From Kudoa neothunni (lineage: Eukaryota > Animalia > Cnidaria), in the NCBI GenBank assembly GCA_964304625.1, contig OZ199838.1, positions 150,148 to 214,147 on the forward strand: DNA of 64,000 nt. The letters run 5' to 3'. Shown here one piece after another: positions 1 through 14,760 of the stretch. Within the stretch, counting starts at the first letter, position 1. Each line of letters begins with the position of its first letter. The notes beneath the pieces are model-generated. The model ran no database searches. It was not told the origin of the DNA and saw only the letters and a program-made list of their open reading frames with translations. Position numbers and translations under genes: made by a program.

Positions 1-699
1 TCATTGGTTTTCTAGTAATATAATCCAAAATAAACATTTTGACATCGAAATTATTTGAGACTTTTATCACAAAATATATGCTAACTCAATAAATTATTAA
101 ATTATAACTTTTTATAAAACTGACTAAAAATTGTAGGTAAATAAAATAAATTAGTCGTAGTTTTAAAAGTTTAAAGTACATAAGTTAAAAGCTTCATAGG
201 TGTTGTTTGCATACTTTACGAATCAGTCTAATTACGTTAAATAATCTCATTAAGAGACTACAACCTTATATGTATAATTTCGGAGTCGATGTCAAGTTAA
301 AAGTTTCAAAATTTTCCTATAAACACTTAATAATATTTCGTTTATAATATTTTAATTTTATAATAGACGGTTGAGAATATATTCATCTATTTACACACGT
401 TATTTTAGTAGTTTAAGCTTTTAACACTGTTATTATCATATTTGTTATGATTGAAAATATTTTTCATTATATTAAAAATATATGTATTTTCCTTAAATTC
501 ATAATTTTTTATTCGAAGTAATATATGCATGTTTTAATTAGGAAAACTATTTTTTATTCTTGTATTATATCGGAATAAAGATGTCTACAAAATCAGAATA
601 ATGAAATTTAGTATAAACATTGAATGTATAAACGATAACCGGACAATTCTTAGGTAATTGTTATTTAGAATCATAATTAAATGATTTCAGAAAATGCAT

Positions 700-1500
700 T
701 TTCGTTCGTGACAACATTTTTGCTAAATTTTGAATTATTTCGTGATTCGTATTTTCAAGCACTTTTGTAATTGTTTGGTGTTCGTTCCACCCTGACAGTT
801 TAAAGTTAATCGTTTAAAAAATTGAGTATCGGGATACTTTTTCCTTAAAGTGGAACTTTTTGTTTGCTTTGTTGAGTGTACGTGCATGAAATTACAGAGT
901 CGAACTAACACTTGGAACGGTAATGGTAAAGGAGACGGCTACTAAATTCCAACCGATCAACTTCATTTATTTTCACCGATTCTTTCACGATAATTTTTCT
1001 TACAATTTTAAATGTTTGACAAGATCGTTCAATTCCCAACAAACTTAATTATAAATTTTAAGAAATCTTTGGATTAATCCTCCAGTTGTGTTATTTAAGA
1101 GTGTATTTTATTAGGATTTAAGTTGTTACTTCCTATTTGTACCATGTATACCTCATAATTACACACTTTTCATTGTCCATAATGAATCAGATATTTTTCC
1201 CCGTAATCGGGTGGAATAATTCGCGTTAGTAGTAGAAAATATCAGAGGTAATAAGGTGGGATGTGGCATCTCAAAAACATTCTTCTGCGCATATTTTTTA
1301 ACGATTGTTTATAACAAAATAAATGAATACCGAGAAAAAGAATTCACGTAATTATGATATCATCTAATTTTGTTACAAAATTAGATGATACAACACCATC
1401 GGTACACGTGAAATCTCCGTTAAATTTCCAATGAATACGAATTTTATTTTGTATACATTAATTTTAAATTGATTATGCGCCTTAAAATCACCCTTAATAA
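700..1500 (-). mobile_element. Possible highly degraded MULE (Mutator-like) transposase remnant
   Basis: Broken minus-strand peptides occur in the order expected for MULE transposases: IHWKFNG, FLGIHLFCYKQSLKNMR (cf. GCxFHWKQA), IGWNL, FHARTLNK..EKYPDTQFF. Many stops; no TIRs found; limits approximate. Confidence 0.3.
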
Positions 1501-3219
1501 TGATTCGTTTTCAAAATTATATGATTTAGCCATTGAGTAAACTTCACGCATTTAATAATAATAACAACCTATCTTCTATATCTTTAATTATATATTTACC
1601 ATAAACTTTTTACTAACCTATCTTAATTAGTTAATACATATTTTAGTTTCTCTATTTTTTTAGGGGTAAATTTATTTTCAATAAAAGTATTTAGAATCAT
1701 TTTATCATTTGATTTTTATAGCAACCAAATAATTAGCTTTTTATTTTCATTACAACATTATTGAGTAAAAAAAAATTTATATCAATTAATTTTCCAATGC
1801 ATATTTTAAAAAAAGCTAAGTACACGAAATAAAAAAATGTCATCCAAATTGCATTTATGTAATATAATGTACGTTATAAAACCAACCGGAATCCGTGTGT
1901 GTACACATTTTTTATTCTTTATAGAAAGACATATCGTTCCATTTGGGCACACATATGGAAAGATAATTTTATTTTAACATTGAACTATACGTATACAATT
2001 ATTGAAAAGTAATTTAATAATTGGACTAATTCAAATAAGGTAAGTTAAATTAGATTATGTAGCCCAGCATTAATATGAAATTAATTTGTTGATGTTTAAC
2101 AAGATTAATCATATTCATACAGTATGATTTAGAGATTACTGCAAACAACAAGGAGAAAATCGATATTTTATGAGCTCTAAATAGGAAATTTAAATGCCCA
2201 GTAGTGTTTATTCGTTTTTAAAAATATTATAAATAAGGATCTAATAAAATTTTGGACGCTTACGCTGGCTTTCCTTAATTTCAAATACAATTAAACCCAG
2301 GGCGTCCACTGCTTGGTTTTTTGTGGTCACCTTGGGTTCTTAGGTTTTTTTTTCATTCTTCTTTAAAATCTTGGGTTTTTACATAAAATCTGTAAACATT
2401 GAATAATAATAATAATAAAACACAAATTTTATTATGTGCGACATTAATATTTATATTTTTAATAACGTATCCTACTCAGATTATATCGTGCAGGGTTTAA
2501 ACATTTACGATATTGACTGACGGTACAATTGTTCAATTAACATTGTCGCACATTTTTAGGAAATTTAACGTTATTTCAAAATATATCTTGAACTATGAAT
2601 GGATTAATTCATTCATTCATTGTGAGCATATTGATCTATACTAGACATTAAGTTTGGATGAATGTTCGCGCCGAAAAACTATAATAATAATAATACGACG
2701 ATAAATTTAAATTTAATATCTGTAGAGGTATTTGAAGACTCGGAAGATGATTAAAAACTTCAATAGATATGATTCTATTTTTTGTTGAACTTTAAACGAG
2801 CGTTTTTCTCGACCTTGGGTTTTTTCTAAAGTCCCGCTGGCAGCCCTGATTAAACCACCCAAAACAACGATTCTTAGACCTGATGCGCACGCAAGATACA
2901 AATTTAATAGACAAATTTCCTTTTTTACAAAACTTTGTCATTCGTCACTGCCTTAATTTTATGAAAACCTTCTAACTTATTTTATTATGAAAATATTAAA
3001 AAGGCATGAGATCGATATACACCGCATTTTATAATTTCAACTAGGAGATATAACTTTGCAATCCAGTCAAAAAATGACCATCAATTTCATTGGGAATCTC
3101 AACAAAATACTCAATGACACATTCGTAATTTTTTCGTGCGGGATTAATGCGAAAGAATGAAAAAGGCGCCACACCACTTTGTCGAGATGTTCACGCACGC
3201 GTGTTTTACACAAGTCATT

Positions 3220-6200
3220 ATGTCGAACGTTGACTTGGAGATGCGCCTTAAGGCATTGGATTGCATTTTACCATTACAAATAACACATATAGTGGAGAAT
3301 AATTTTCCAAATTACAAGAGTAGTTCCATAGGAATTTTAATATGATTTTTAATGGATTATAAATCAAGTTGAAATCGACGATAACGATTGCGTGTGGCTA
3401 ATATATTCTGAACATATTTATCTGTGGAATTATGCCCTAAACGACAAATTTAGGGTTATCCTATGACCAAATGATTTCTATATAATCGCGTTATAGACAT
3501 ATGAATATTTTGAGCTGCCAATACCATCTCCATCATCTTCGGCTGCCAACAACGAACAATGGTTTTTTCTGTTCACCAACAACACTTCGAATAAAAGATC
3601 CCACTCATTCTACAAAAATACACCCACACTTCGTAGTGAATCAGCTCCTACATATCAAAAATCTGCCTTATACATCCATTCGGATGGGCAGATAAGGTAT
3701 TGGTCTAATATTAGGAGTAGAAATTCCTTTGTTGATCAAAAAATTGAGTTGTATGATCAACTGGATTGCGTCACAAAATTAGCATTATTTGATGTATTTA
3801 TTATAATCAAAGATTTCATGAATTTGAATTTTATTTACTATCCAGATTGGCGACATTTTGATAAAAACAACCGACGACAACTTCTACTGTGTCCAGATTA
3901 AAAATGTTAGAAATTTAATTTCTCTTTTATCCAATCGATAAATCCACTCTAGAACGGCTTTGTGATTGACACCATTGAAAACACCACGAATAATGGTATC
4001 ACTGGAAAACTATCACATTTTATTTCTCGCGGAATCAAATCATTTCTAACCAAAGCAAAATCAAAAGACAAAAATAATAATTTAGTTTGCAGTGATAATC
4101 CGTCCGATTATTACCACAGTGGAAGAGTATATTTTCTCTTTTATTATTATTACTAAATTAAATTATTATTAAATTAAATTATTATTATTATTATTAATTA
4201 TTACTAAATTAAATTATTATTAAATTAAATTATTATTATTATTATTAATTATTATTATTATTACTAAATTAAATTATTATTATTATTAAATTAAATTATT
4301 ATTATTAAATTAAATTATTATTATTATTATAATAATTAAATTATTATTATTATGATTAAATTATTATTATTGTAATAATAATTATGTCGGATTACACCAC
4401 TGTACTATTAATACTCATATTGTTAATTTTTAGAGGTGTCAAATTACCATGACAGAACTTAGTTATACTGATATAACAAGTGGACAGTCAAAGTTAGTAT
4501 AATTAAAAATATTATATTTTTTAATTGGGCAATCAAAAAAATTGAATATTTTAATTTTAGTAATAATTGTCTTCTTGTTTCTACACAGTCCGAATTGTCT
4601 ATCTACCGATTTGAACAAAAGAATCATTGTGAAGTAATTAATTACATATTGTTTAGATATATAATTATCAATTAGAAAATATTCACTATGACTGTTGCGA
4701 ATATTATCCAAACTAATGTATGACTGATTGTATTTATTTGTAATATTATTCAATTATTTTAGTTTTCACATTTGCAACTTGTTTATGATGAAATCAATCT
4801 TTTGAGTATAGCTACAGATAAGTATGTGGAATATGATAGTTAATTCATTCAATTAATATAATCCATTCCTGATAGTTGTTATCAATCGTATGCATTGGTG
4901 GAATGTAGAAAAACCTACCACTCTAAGCAATATTACACTTTTCAGATGTCACTTAGAAATGAACTCGATATCAGATTTTCTAATCTGATAGAGATATGTC
5001 CGAATTTTAGTCGAGTTCCATATCTCAAAGTGATATCGTCTTCCAATCTGTTTGCTGTTACTGACGGTTATGGGATCTACTTCTATCACTGTAAGTTTCG
5101 ATTTGAAATAACTCTGCGCATGACAAACAAATTATATTCATAATTAATCTTTAATAATTAATCATTAATTCGGCGGTGTAATATCGACTGTATTTAACAC
5201 CCGAATAATCTCGAGATTTATTATTGTCCTTGTTTGTCTATTCTCGATTTGAATACAGTAAGTAACCGATTTCACGCACTTTTTATTAACCTATTCAGTT
5301 AGAATATTGATTGGTCATTGTTTATATAATATGTTTCTTTTAATATTTCTATCAAACTTTTTGTAGAAATTATTAAAAAAAGTTGCGAAATAATATAACT
5401 AAGTCACGTGATCGACAAATTTCGCGTACTTCTTGTTTATTAGTTAGTTAAGTCAATATTTAATGCCAATAAACTATATCTACTGCAGAATATTACTAAT
5501 TGTCGTGAATGCCTCCAATGTAATGACCCAAAAACTGCCATTGTATCACGTTTTAAAATATCTATTGTCTCGACTCTTAATGGAATATTTGAGATGAAAA
5601 ATAAAATAATCCAAACCTATAAATGTTATTAGAATCCAAAAATAGAAATTATTTGCATGCAGGACAATTTCATTCTGTTGATGAAGATGTATATGGGTGG
5701 ATTTAGTGGACATGAAGCAAAAATATTGTAGTAGACTTGGTCACAAAAAATTAATTCGCCTAATAAAAAGGTTTACATTCATATGCAATTGTGAAATTGT
5801 GAAATTGTGAAATTGTGAAATTATTAAATTGTGCAATTGTGCAATTCGTGGTGGGTTTCGCTGTACTAAAAAATGGTCCAACATTTAAAAATCAAATTTT
5901 ATTTATTAGTCTGCTGAAACCACTTCAGAGTGGATCGATCAAATAAGAAATTTTTTTAAATATACTCTAAAAATTCTATTCACAATTAAGACGAACCTGT
6001 CTGATTCTACCAATAGCGACTATGGGAGTATTTCATGGATTGCTGAAAAATAGTTTTTTGTTGTTAATACTTTTATCGAGTTTTAATTTTTTTTAATTAA
6101 TATATAATTAACTTGCATTTTTAAACGCAATTTAATCATTATTAAATGTTGATTTTATCCGAAATAATTGTGCGCGCGATTACGTGAAATTAGACATGAC

Positions 6201-9200
6201 CGTTTTGACGCACTTTTTTTCTTGGTCCCGAGAAAAAAAACGTGAAATTGGTTTCTCACTGTAATAGCGTGAAAAATAATCTCTACAAAAAAACGTTAAT
6301 TTAATTCAGTTACTTAGTAGGAGGAATTTTTTACGAGAATTTCGATTAACCAATAATTATTTTCAAATAATCTGATATATTGTTAAGCTCAATCAATAAT
6401 TAGTTTAATCCCGCCAAAAATAATGCTTTTTTCTCAATTATTGATAAATTTATTATTATTATTATTATTCTGATAGGTTTATTTTAATTATAATTAATTA
6501 ACACTCATATTGAGTGAGTTCGGAGTCATTTTTGACCCAAACAATATAGAATTATATTAACCCTTAATAGAATAAGAATAGGTGGTGACTTTGGGCTCCA
6601 TGAATTCATCTGAGTAGGAAATTGAGCATAATTCATTCAAAAAAGTTTTTTTAAGTTTCTTTTGTCATGTAAATTTTTAAAATTTTATTTTACGTCTAAT
6701 TGTAAATTTTCAATGAATTTGAAATTTTTTTGTTTTAAGCCGATACTCAATAAAAAAGTATTATGGATCGTCATAATGTGCTTTTTTTTATTTAAAGTTA
6801 ATCTCACAGTTGCGCACTAATTAATCGATGTCGGGCTTGAATTTCTCAAATCAACTCACTACTCATTATTGACAAATTATTTGTGGGCTACTTTTAATTA
6901 ATTTATTGTGTCGTATCAAAGAAGTCCGGAATAGCTGAAAAATTAAATTAATAGCCGACAAGAATTTTTATTGGACTTATCCGCTTCTCTGATTGAAAGC
7001 CATCATCTGAAGATCGAAAAAATTGGATGTTGACCCCCAATCAAACGTTCTCCTGAAACAGTTAAGTTTAAATTCAATGAGAATAATACGTCATTTACGA
7101 AAGCTAACAATATAAATGCTCGGAAACGATGTAATTTATGCCCTGCACGTACCATAAGGGGAGGGGAACAAGTGTGCAACAACATTATATGCAACGAGCA
7201 TTCAATAATAACGTTAACCTGTTTGAATGTTCCCTAAAATAAGTTATTTATGTGTTGTGTAATTTTTATCGCGCTACAACGTATCAAACTGAGCAAATAC
7301 GTCCTGAAATATAATCTAATAAAAGATAGAGATTAATCTGGATGGTCTCGTCGAGCCCAAGGTCACCTATACCTATTAAGGGTTAAATCATTAACGATTC
7401 GGCATAATAAATAGATTTAAATATTTCTAAAGTTTAAGACCCTTCTAAGATTTTTTAAAAGAATCCAGAACAGGGATGGACATAATACACAGTAATCGTG
7501 ATGTTTCACTTGACTATTGAAAAAGAATAGCAAGTTTCCTTAAACATTTTTCTGTTTTTGATAGATTAGGTTTCTAAGATATTTTTAAAGTCAAACTAAT
7601 ATTGAACCACCTGTATACATCATAAAGCATAAAGCGGCCAAATTTTTTATACTCAAGTTTATTAATTTATTATGATAAAATTAGAATCACGAATAATTAT
7701 TAAATTTTTTAAAGAATATTTGGACTGTTTGAGGAATTGAAACACACGGATTAACTGAAATACGCGGCATCACACAAGCTATGTAAGCTAAAAAATCGTT
7801 AAAAGAAACTTTCTTACTTCTATTTTTTAGAATCGAGCTTATTATAAACAGATGTGCTATATTTTAAGCATTATAATTACGCCAGCACAAACTACTTGAT
7901 TCAATAATCTATACAAAACTCCATTAACCTTCTAAATAAAATGGGGTAGATTTTTACCCCATTTTTATTGGAGGATGTAAATTTTTCAACTACTTATACT
8001 TAGATAGCTGATAAATGAGCCATTCAATTTTTAAATTTGTTTGTGAAAATTCAAGTTTGAAATATTTTCTATCGCTTTCTACTATACAACTATACGTATA
8101 AGAATAATTGGTACACGAAATAATCGTGCAATTCATTCACAATTTGTTTAATTTAATCACGGCGAGTCCTGGAAAGCGAAAAATTGATTAAGGGTGCCTT
8201 GTTTTTGATAAAGATTTGATCGGAATGTATCTATTTTTATATACTAGATCAAAGCTGTTTGTTTTATTTGTCATCATACCTTTAAAATACTCAAGGAATA
8301 TAATTTAAAGCCTATATTAAATTTAAATTTAAATGCAATCCAGTTTATTTTAATATTAAATTTGTTTTCAAATTTAGGTGATTACATTTATTTTCATAAT
8401 AATCTGGATCACTTGGAAATATAATTCTTCAATTTGAACCTAGAAGAAAATTTATTGTTAGTTTAGTTGAAGAAAGTCTAAATCAACATGGCATTGATAG
8501 CGTATTTTAGCTTTATCCAAATGTCACAAAAACGAAATTTAAATTATAAGCAAAGATATTCTGTTTTTCCGAAAAATCTCGATAATTATTGTTCAGCATA
8601 TTTTTCCAAAATTGTATTTAAATAAATGATGTAAGGCTCATTTATCGGCGTTGTGTGAAAATTGCATTCAAAATTATAATTAGATAATTATATTTCAAAA
8701 CTTAATATGTGTGTCGTTTTTTATGGGGTAATTTATCTGTACAAATATTATTTTACTCTGGTGTCAAAAATAACCTCAAAAACATTTAAAGATAAAAGTT
8801 GTCGATTCTGTAAGAGTGATAAATGCCGATTTCAATATTGAAGGCATTTTCTGCGTTTGTTTAGTTGCGTATTACCAGTAAATAATTTAAATATGTGAGA
8901 ATGTTGATATTTATCAACATCTCTAGAAGGTATTTTTCAAATAAAATTTTGCTTCATTTTATTGATGTTTGGCTGTGTTGTATCTATGAGAGGTACATTG
9001 TTGTTTTAATATATCTCCAATAATTTATGCCCTCTATCGTTGACGAATAAGCCCAAAATATTAATTGCTCTGTATAAAATATTCTTTTGTATAATTTTTT
9101 TTAAGTTTTACTCTTTAAGTCGAGTTTAATGTAATTCTCCTAAAAAAATCGATAAAATGTTGGGATTTTTTCTTTGAACTTTTGAAAATTAAGATATTTT

Positions 9201-12200
9201 CAAAATGCTCAAGTTTTAGTTATTTCAAGTTGAAAGCATATGAGTTTGATATAAAATGAATTAAAAGATTTATTTGAATTTAAAAATAATAATTTTTTAT
9301 CAAAATTATTCCTACAATATATTCAAATTTCTATAAGAAATAAGTTGGTTTTTCGTCCCGAAAATACATGACATATGTCGTTATTCTATAAACCATTAGA
9401 TTTTAAAATGTATTTTCTTAAAATATTATAAAAATCGTGTTAAAATGATTTTTAATTTTGCTTCAAACGTGAAATGAAATTGTACGTGCTCATCGATACC
9501 GATTATTGCTTATTAGCGCATTCATATTGGAGGCTTAATTATGTCAGATTTCGAATGAATATCGTCTAAATAATTCATCAAAATTTATATGTGCGTAAAA
9601 ATAAAATAAGAATCTTACTGAACGATTTCTAAATTAAATCAAGAGAAAAGGAGCTTTGAATTTATCTTCTATTAAATAGGCGCTGAAAATTTTGAGTATT
9701 AATTATTGTGTTAAAAAATATTAAATTTATTAATTATGATGAATCGTGTTTTAATATTAAAAATAATAAATAATAGATATTGTAAATCATTCTAATATTT
9801 AATATAATAAAATAATGAAATATTTAAGAAAAGTTAAAATCACAATATTCTATTAATTGCTAATATTTAATTCTAAATATTTTTTGTATAATTTTTTAAA
9901 GTATTTAAGGTTGAAAGTTTTTGTAGATGTCGATTTTGAGTATAGAACTGTTGTTGATAAGAAATAGTTAATTATCGATGACTTCCTTAGTCAAAATTTG
10001 TCGAATGATGTGGCTTTATGCCATAAAGCATGTCATGACAGATAATTAAATAAAAAATTGTATTTTAACTTTAAATAGGAATTTTCTTAATTCAGAGCTG
10101 AAGTTTGTTATGTGTATATGAAATTTATAATTTGTATTGTCAAAAGTTTTTTTTTAAATAACCCCTTTGAAAATTGAAAGGTAATCTCATTTTTAGGCAA
10201 TAACGATCAACTTTTGGGCAATCATATGTATAAGGATTTTGGAGTGGATTCTTTGGTGATAGCGATCAAAGTGGATGTCGATCGTTTGATTGTTCATTCA
10301 TTACAACAAATGTATACGGTTGACGTAAAATTGAGGATCACAACCGCAGTTCAACCTGAGTCCGTTCCACAACACGATAAAAAAAGCAATGGCACGCAAC
10401 CAAATAATTTAGAAGCCAGTCACACTGACGACCAACAAAGTTCTAACGGCGCATTCGAACCTTCTGATTTCGTTAATAACAAATTTAAACGTCTCTTTCT
10501 TACCTATCTCACCGACAAGGAGACTGCAACATTCATGTTGAAGGACTTTAGAAAGTTTAGTTGTGAGCTAATGTCCCAATCTTTGGCCTATATTAGTAAC
10601 GAGATAACCACTGTCAATAGTTCCAGCTCGGTTTCAAATGATTATCACATTATAACGATGTTGTCTCGACTTCAATGTCATACTGAATTCTTGAATTTGG
10701 TTAGCAGTGGTGTTTTTGGTGGTTGTAACTTTTTTGTATTATTTGAAAATGTGGAAAAGATTATCATAGCAGATCTTATTTTACAACAAAAACCAACTTT
10801 CCCTAACATATTCAATCAGGCTGAGAAAGTTTTTTCTAAAAGAAAATTTAATTTGAGCCAAAATGTTGACAAAATTGACCAATTTTTGGAGATTTTCCTT
10901 ATCAAATCCATTAAAGCAGCCAACCAACCACAATTATCTTGGCATCAACGATTAACTACAACTTTGATTCCTCTTGTTAGAGTTTTATCAGTAAGAATTT
11001 TTCCAACTACTGTTTGTTGAGCGAATGTATATATATATATATATATATTGCTTCCTTTTTGATTAGGAAATATGTAACAAATTCAACTCTTTGTATCTCC
11101 AATACAATGTTGCGCAGAATTTTTCGTCAAAGTGGTATCTCAAGAGTCCCATTTTGAAAACCCTTGTTGATTTCGTAAGTGATGAATTTGTCTAGTGATT
11201 TTGATGGTTTTTTTCTATTTTCAGATATTCTCATCACTTGAGATATATTATTCGATATATCCAAGCCTTAATCTAAAGTCAAGACTCCACTATTTCAAAA
11301 ATCAATCCGGCGTAGAAAGTGTAGAAAACGGGTTAGAATTTTCTCAAAATATTCTAATCATTATTCGATTCCTCATGGAGAAACTCACGCTAATTCAACA
11401 AAGTGGAGGTTCCAAATTCAACCCTCAGCCAGATGATATTCGATTCGAGATAGCACAAAAAATTTGTATGTGTATTTTTTATTATATTTTCTAATTTATT
11501 TTTGAAGTTTCGCATAACGACGTACATGTCGCTATCAAATTGGCTGATGATTACGAAATATATTTGCTCATTTATCTAATTACTAAAGCCCCTGGATCCA
11601 GTTATGATTTAGAACACTACAAAAATAAACATCCAGTAATTCATTAATTAATCTTTATTTCACTAATTTTTTTAGATGATGGTTCGATTCATTCAAAATT
11701 ACCTCATTCAAAAAAGTTCTTTTTTAATGGAAAATATTTATTAGTTATTTATGCTTCTTTGGTGCCGTTTATCTAGGAATGTGGAAAGACTTGGAGCCCC
11801 ATATTGACAACCCAGACAATGGTGATTGTTTCCTTGCCCAGCGCATTCCTGAAGCATTATGGATTTACAATTATAACCATAACGTCAAATCCGAGGTTCT
11901 GTCGATCGATTATTTATCTAATCTCATGTTTCTTTGGAATTAGGTTTCAGATTGTCTTCAAATGTGCGCGGATAATACCGATTATATAAAATGGAAAAAA
12001 GTCAGTCCAACTTGACCATCCTTTACTTTTCTATTAATGGCGCTTTTTAGATATATTTGTCGCTTAGCCTCATCAACCAAAAAGTCATGAATCCTAAAAA
12101 GTCTTGTGAGGGTAAGTTCACCTATTTATTATTACTAATTAAATACAGTAAATTCATGGTTTTGATTAATTTAATTTTTTTAATACTTGAAAAATTAATT

Positions 12201-14380
12201 TAATATTATCTTGATTGAATTTATTAAATTATTTTTAATAATATTAATTTAATGTAAGCAGATTTATTTTTATGTATTGTATATGTAATTCGGTTTATAT
12301 TATTTTGTATCCCCTCGTCTAATTTTTTTACCAATCTCCATTTTGCACCAACCATTAATTATTTAAAGAGCTGTTGAAGATATATACTCAACAGTTGTAA
12401 TCGGGATACATTTCTTAGTAATTAATCACTTAATTAGCACAGAGAAGAATCTGAAAATATTAAAAGTTATTGCATTTTGAATGTGTTCACGAATTGATGA
12501 TATGTATATTAAATTTTTATTCTATTTCGGTCGGAATGAGTTTTTTTATTCATTATTAATGACAATTATTTTTAATATTATATACTTTTAAACGACTCTA
12601 GACTTAGTTATGATTAGCTTTCTTATAAATATAAAATGGAATATTGAAAAAAATATTGAAATGTCGCCAAAATACCGACTCACACTTATTACGCGGAACG
12701 CTTTGGATTAATTCATGATTTTATTGACACTCCTTCTTTTATATTTATCAATATAAAAGAAGAGAATTATCTTAAGTGTTTATATCAATCTACAAAATGT
12801 AAAAATTTATTGCTTCAGTAGGAATTTAATTCTATGGATCATTTGTGCTAGCGCATATTTTATTTCTTTATTAATTGGTATTTTTCTATTCAATCTGATT
12901 TTACTTTAAAATAAATTAAGAAAATTTATTAATCATGAATATTGTTTTTAAAGCTCACTTTTTTTCAGTTCACATCTTATTCTTTCTGATGTCTAATTTA
13001 CCTTTATACTTAATAAATAGAAGCAATTGTTTATGTCAATTGAATAAGATACCATCCATTATGTTGATGGAAGAACTTTTGTTATTTTTTTATTGATTTT
13101 ACGTTTTTTTAAATTTGTAATTCATAAAATATTACGTGTGTAAATGAATTAAATGCAATTATAGTCAAAATAATGAAGAATAAACTAATTATATTATGAA
13201 AATATATAAATGCATTTTTATTTCTATAATTACAATTATTTTAATTTAAAATACTACTATATAGTATTTTTCCTGTAAAATTTTTTAGAGATATTTTTTT
13301 CCTATATTATGCACATTTTGAGCTGTTTTTCTTGAATGGCAATTAAAAGTATGACAATACTGAAATAATTAACACAGTAGTAATATGAGGAATTATTTGT
13401 ATTAATTAGCGTTGTAGTTTGTAATGGAGGTTGTTATTTGTATCTTATTTTTAAGCATCAATAAAATCATATTTGACTTTTTAATTAAGCAGTTTAATTA
13501 AAATATTGTTTAAAAAATATTTTCTATATGTGTTTTTCCAAAGGATGTTTTAACCCGATATTTCGTAATATCTTATTTCATATATTATATAATATTCTAA
13601 ATAATAGTGTAATAATATATTATTATATTCATTTTTTTATTTTTTAAACAGTGAGTTATTGATTATTCTGGATACGTTATCTCGTCAATATTATTATTAA
13701 TTGGTTGCTCTTTAGATTTAAAGAACCAGTTGAAATTTGTTGAATTTCAAGAGATCATGTTGAATAATGATGAAAATGTATGTAATGGATGGTGATTTCG
13801 TGATTATGAAATCTATTAGGGCACTGATCAACCAATGAAATGTCTTTCGTTTGATGAACTATTTGGGACATTTTCTGCGAAGCCCATGCTTTCTGTTGAA
13901 GATGTCCTTTGCTTTTTCACCGTGCTTTCTTCTAACGTACATTATTTTACGAATAATCAGTGCTAATTGAATGTCAATAATGTCCAATATTAGATTTATG
14001 CTTTTGAAACCTACAAAAACCGTGTCTGGCTGAACGTGATTCAGAGAGACTTGTATGTTTTGTTTTGTTTTTTCGTTTATTGGTTTAACAACACGTTAAT
14101 CCCACATTTAGAGACATTCTGAGTACAAATTCAGACTCTTCCAACTCATCCTCGAACAACCTGTTAGACACATTGTTCTACAAATGCCTCTATTTAATGC
14201 ACAACAGTATACATTTAGTGTGTTTTGCAGTTTGTGTTATAACCTCTAGAGTGTCCTGAAATAGACTTCCTCCCCCAAGATATTGATAAAATTATCAAAG
14301 ATGCGTTTGCGTTTGATCCCGAAATTGAATCTGAAATTTTAAAAAATGCGAACGATGTCCTTCGTTTGTCAACATTTTGA
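3220..14380 (+). CDS. NUP133: Nuclear pore complex protein Nup133-like (multi-exon)
   Basis: Spliced peptides match Nup133 landmarks in order: MSNVDLEMRLKALDCILPLQITHIV; IEIDDNDCVWLIYSEHIYLWNY; FELPIPS..LYIHSDGQIR; NNGITGKLSHFI; the large exon 10214-11020; IKLADDYEIYLLIYLI; EALWIYNY..KKIYLSLS; KNRVWLNVIQRD. It ends ..DVLRLSTF* with TGA at 14378-14380. The middle exons (5.1-10.2 kb) are not fully resolved. Confidence 0.7.
4139..4384. repeat. Compound AT microsatellite (TTA)n interleaved with TTAAA units, in a Nup133 intron
   Basis: Directly visible repeats of ttattatta / ttaaattaaa. Confidence 0.95.
5360..5562 (+). repeat. Dispersed repeat copy 1 (AAGTCACGTGA family)
   Basis: Collinear with 14540-14760: aagtcacgtga..tcga, ttaatgccaa, taatga, atcac.ttttaaa.tatc. 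Confidence 0.65.
5787..5846. repeat. Tandem 8-mer (AATTGTGA/AATTGTGC)n
   Basis: Directly visible, about 7 imperfect copies. Confidence 0.9.
6561..7382 (+). mobile_element. Internally deleted piggyBac element (non-autonomous) in a Nup133 intron
   Basis: TTAA at 6557-6560 and 7383-7386. TIR CCCTTAATAG plus a subterminal GGTGAC(T/C)TTGGGCTC inverted repeat. Retains a transposase C-terminal Cys-rich remnant, RKRCNLCP..VCNNIICNEH. Confidence 0.9.
7928..7996 (+). mobile_element. Minimal fused-ends derivative of the 32246-33176 piggyBac-type MITE family
   Basis: TTAA-CCTTCTAA.TAAAATGGGGTAGATTT.TACCCC matches the left end at 32246 and is followed directly by ttggaggatgtaaatttttcaactactta, which matches the right end at about 33143-33172. 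Confidence 0.8.
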
Positions 14381-14539
14381 TTTACTGTGTGATTAATCTA
14401 ACCAATATTGTCAGTTTTATTAAATGTGTTTTTTTGAGTTCTAACTTAGGCAACCAGTTTGGCGCATTTTTTAAGTTATATGACTGAAATATTTATTTGT
14501 TTTTTATATATGTTTTTACAGAAGTTTGACATAAGTTAT

Positions 14540-14760
14540 TTAAAAAATACATTGAAAAAATTGCCAGATAATAAAATTAAAAGTCACGTGACTGTCGATT
14601 TAAATCTCTTTACTGGCACTTCTCTATCACTTGGTTAAATCTTTACTTAATGCCAAAAAATATCCAACATTTCGATCACCGGCGAATAGTACGATATTGT
14701 AATATAAAACTTTTTACCTAATGATGTGAAGGCTATTACCATATCACATTTTAAATTATC
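14540..14760 (+). repeat. Dispersed repeat copy 2 (AAGTCACGTGA family)
   Basis: Collinear similarity with 5360-5562. Confidence 0.65.

Noticed and set aside
4139-4384. Repeat array as a CRISPR-like locus
   Set aside because: Pure low-complexity AT microsatellite with no unique spacers, in a eukaryotic context.
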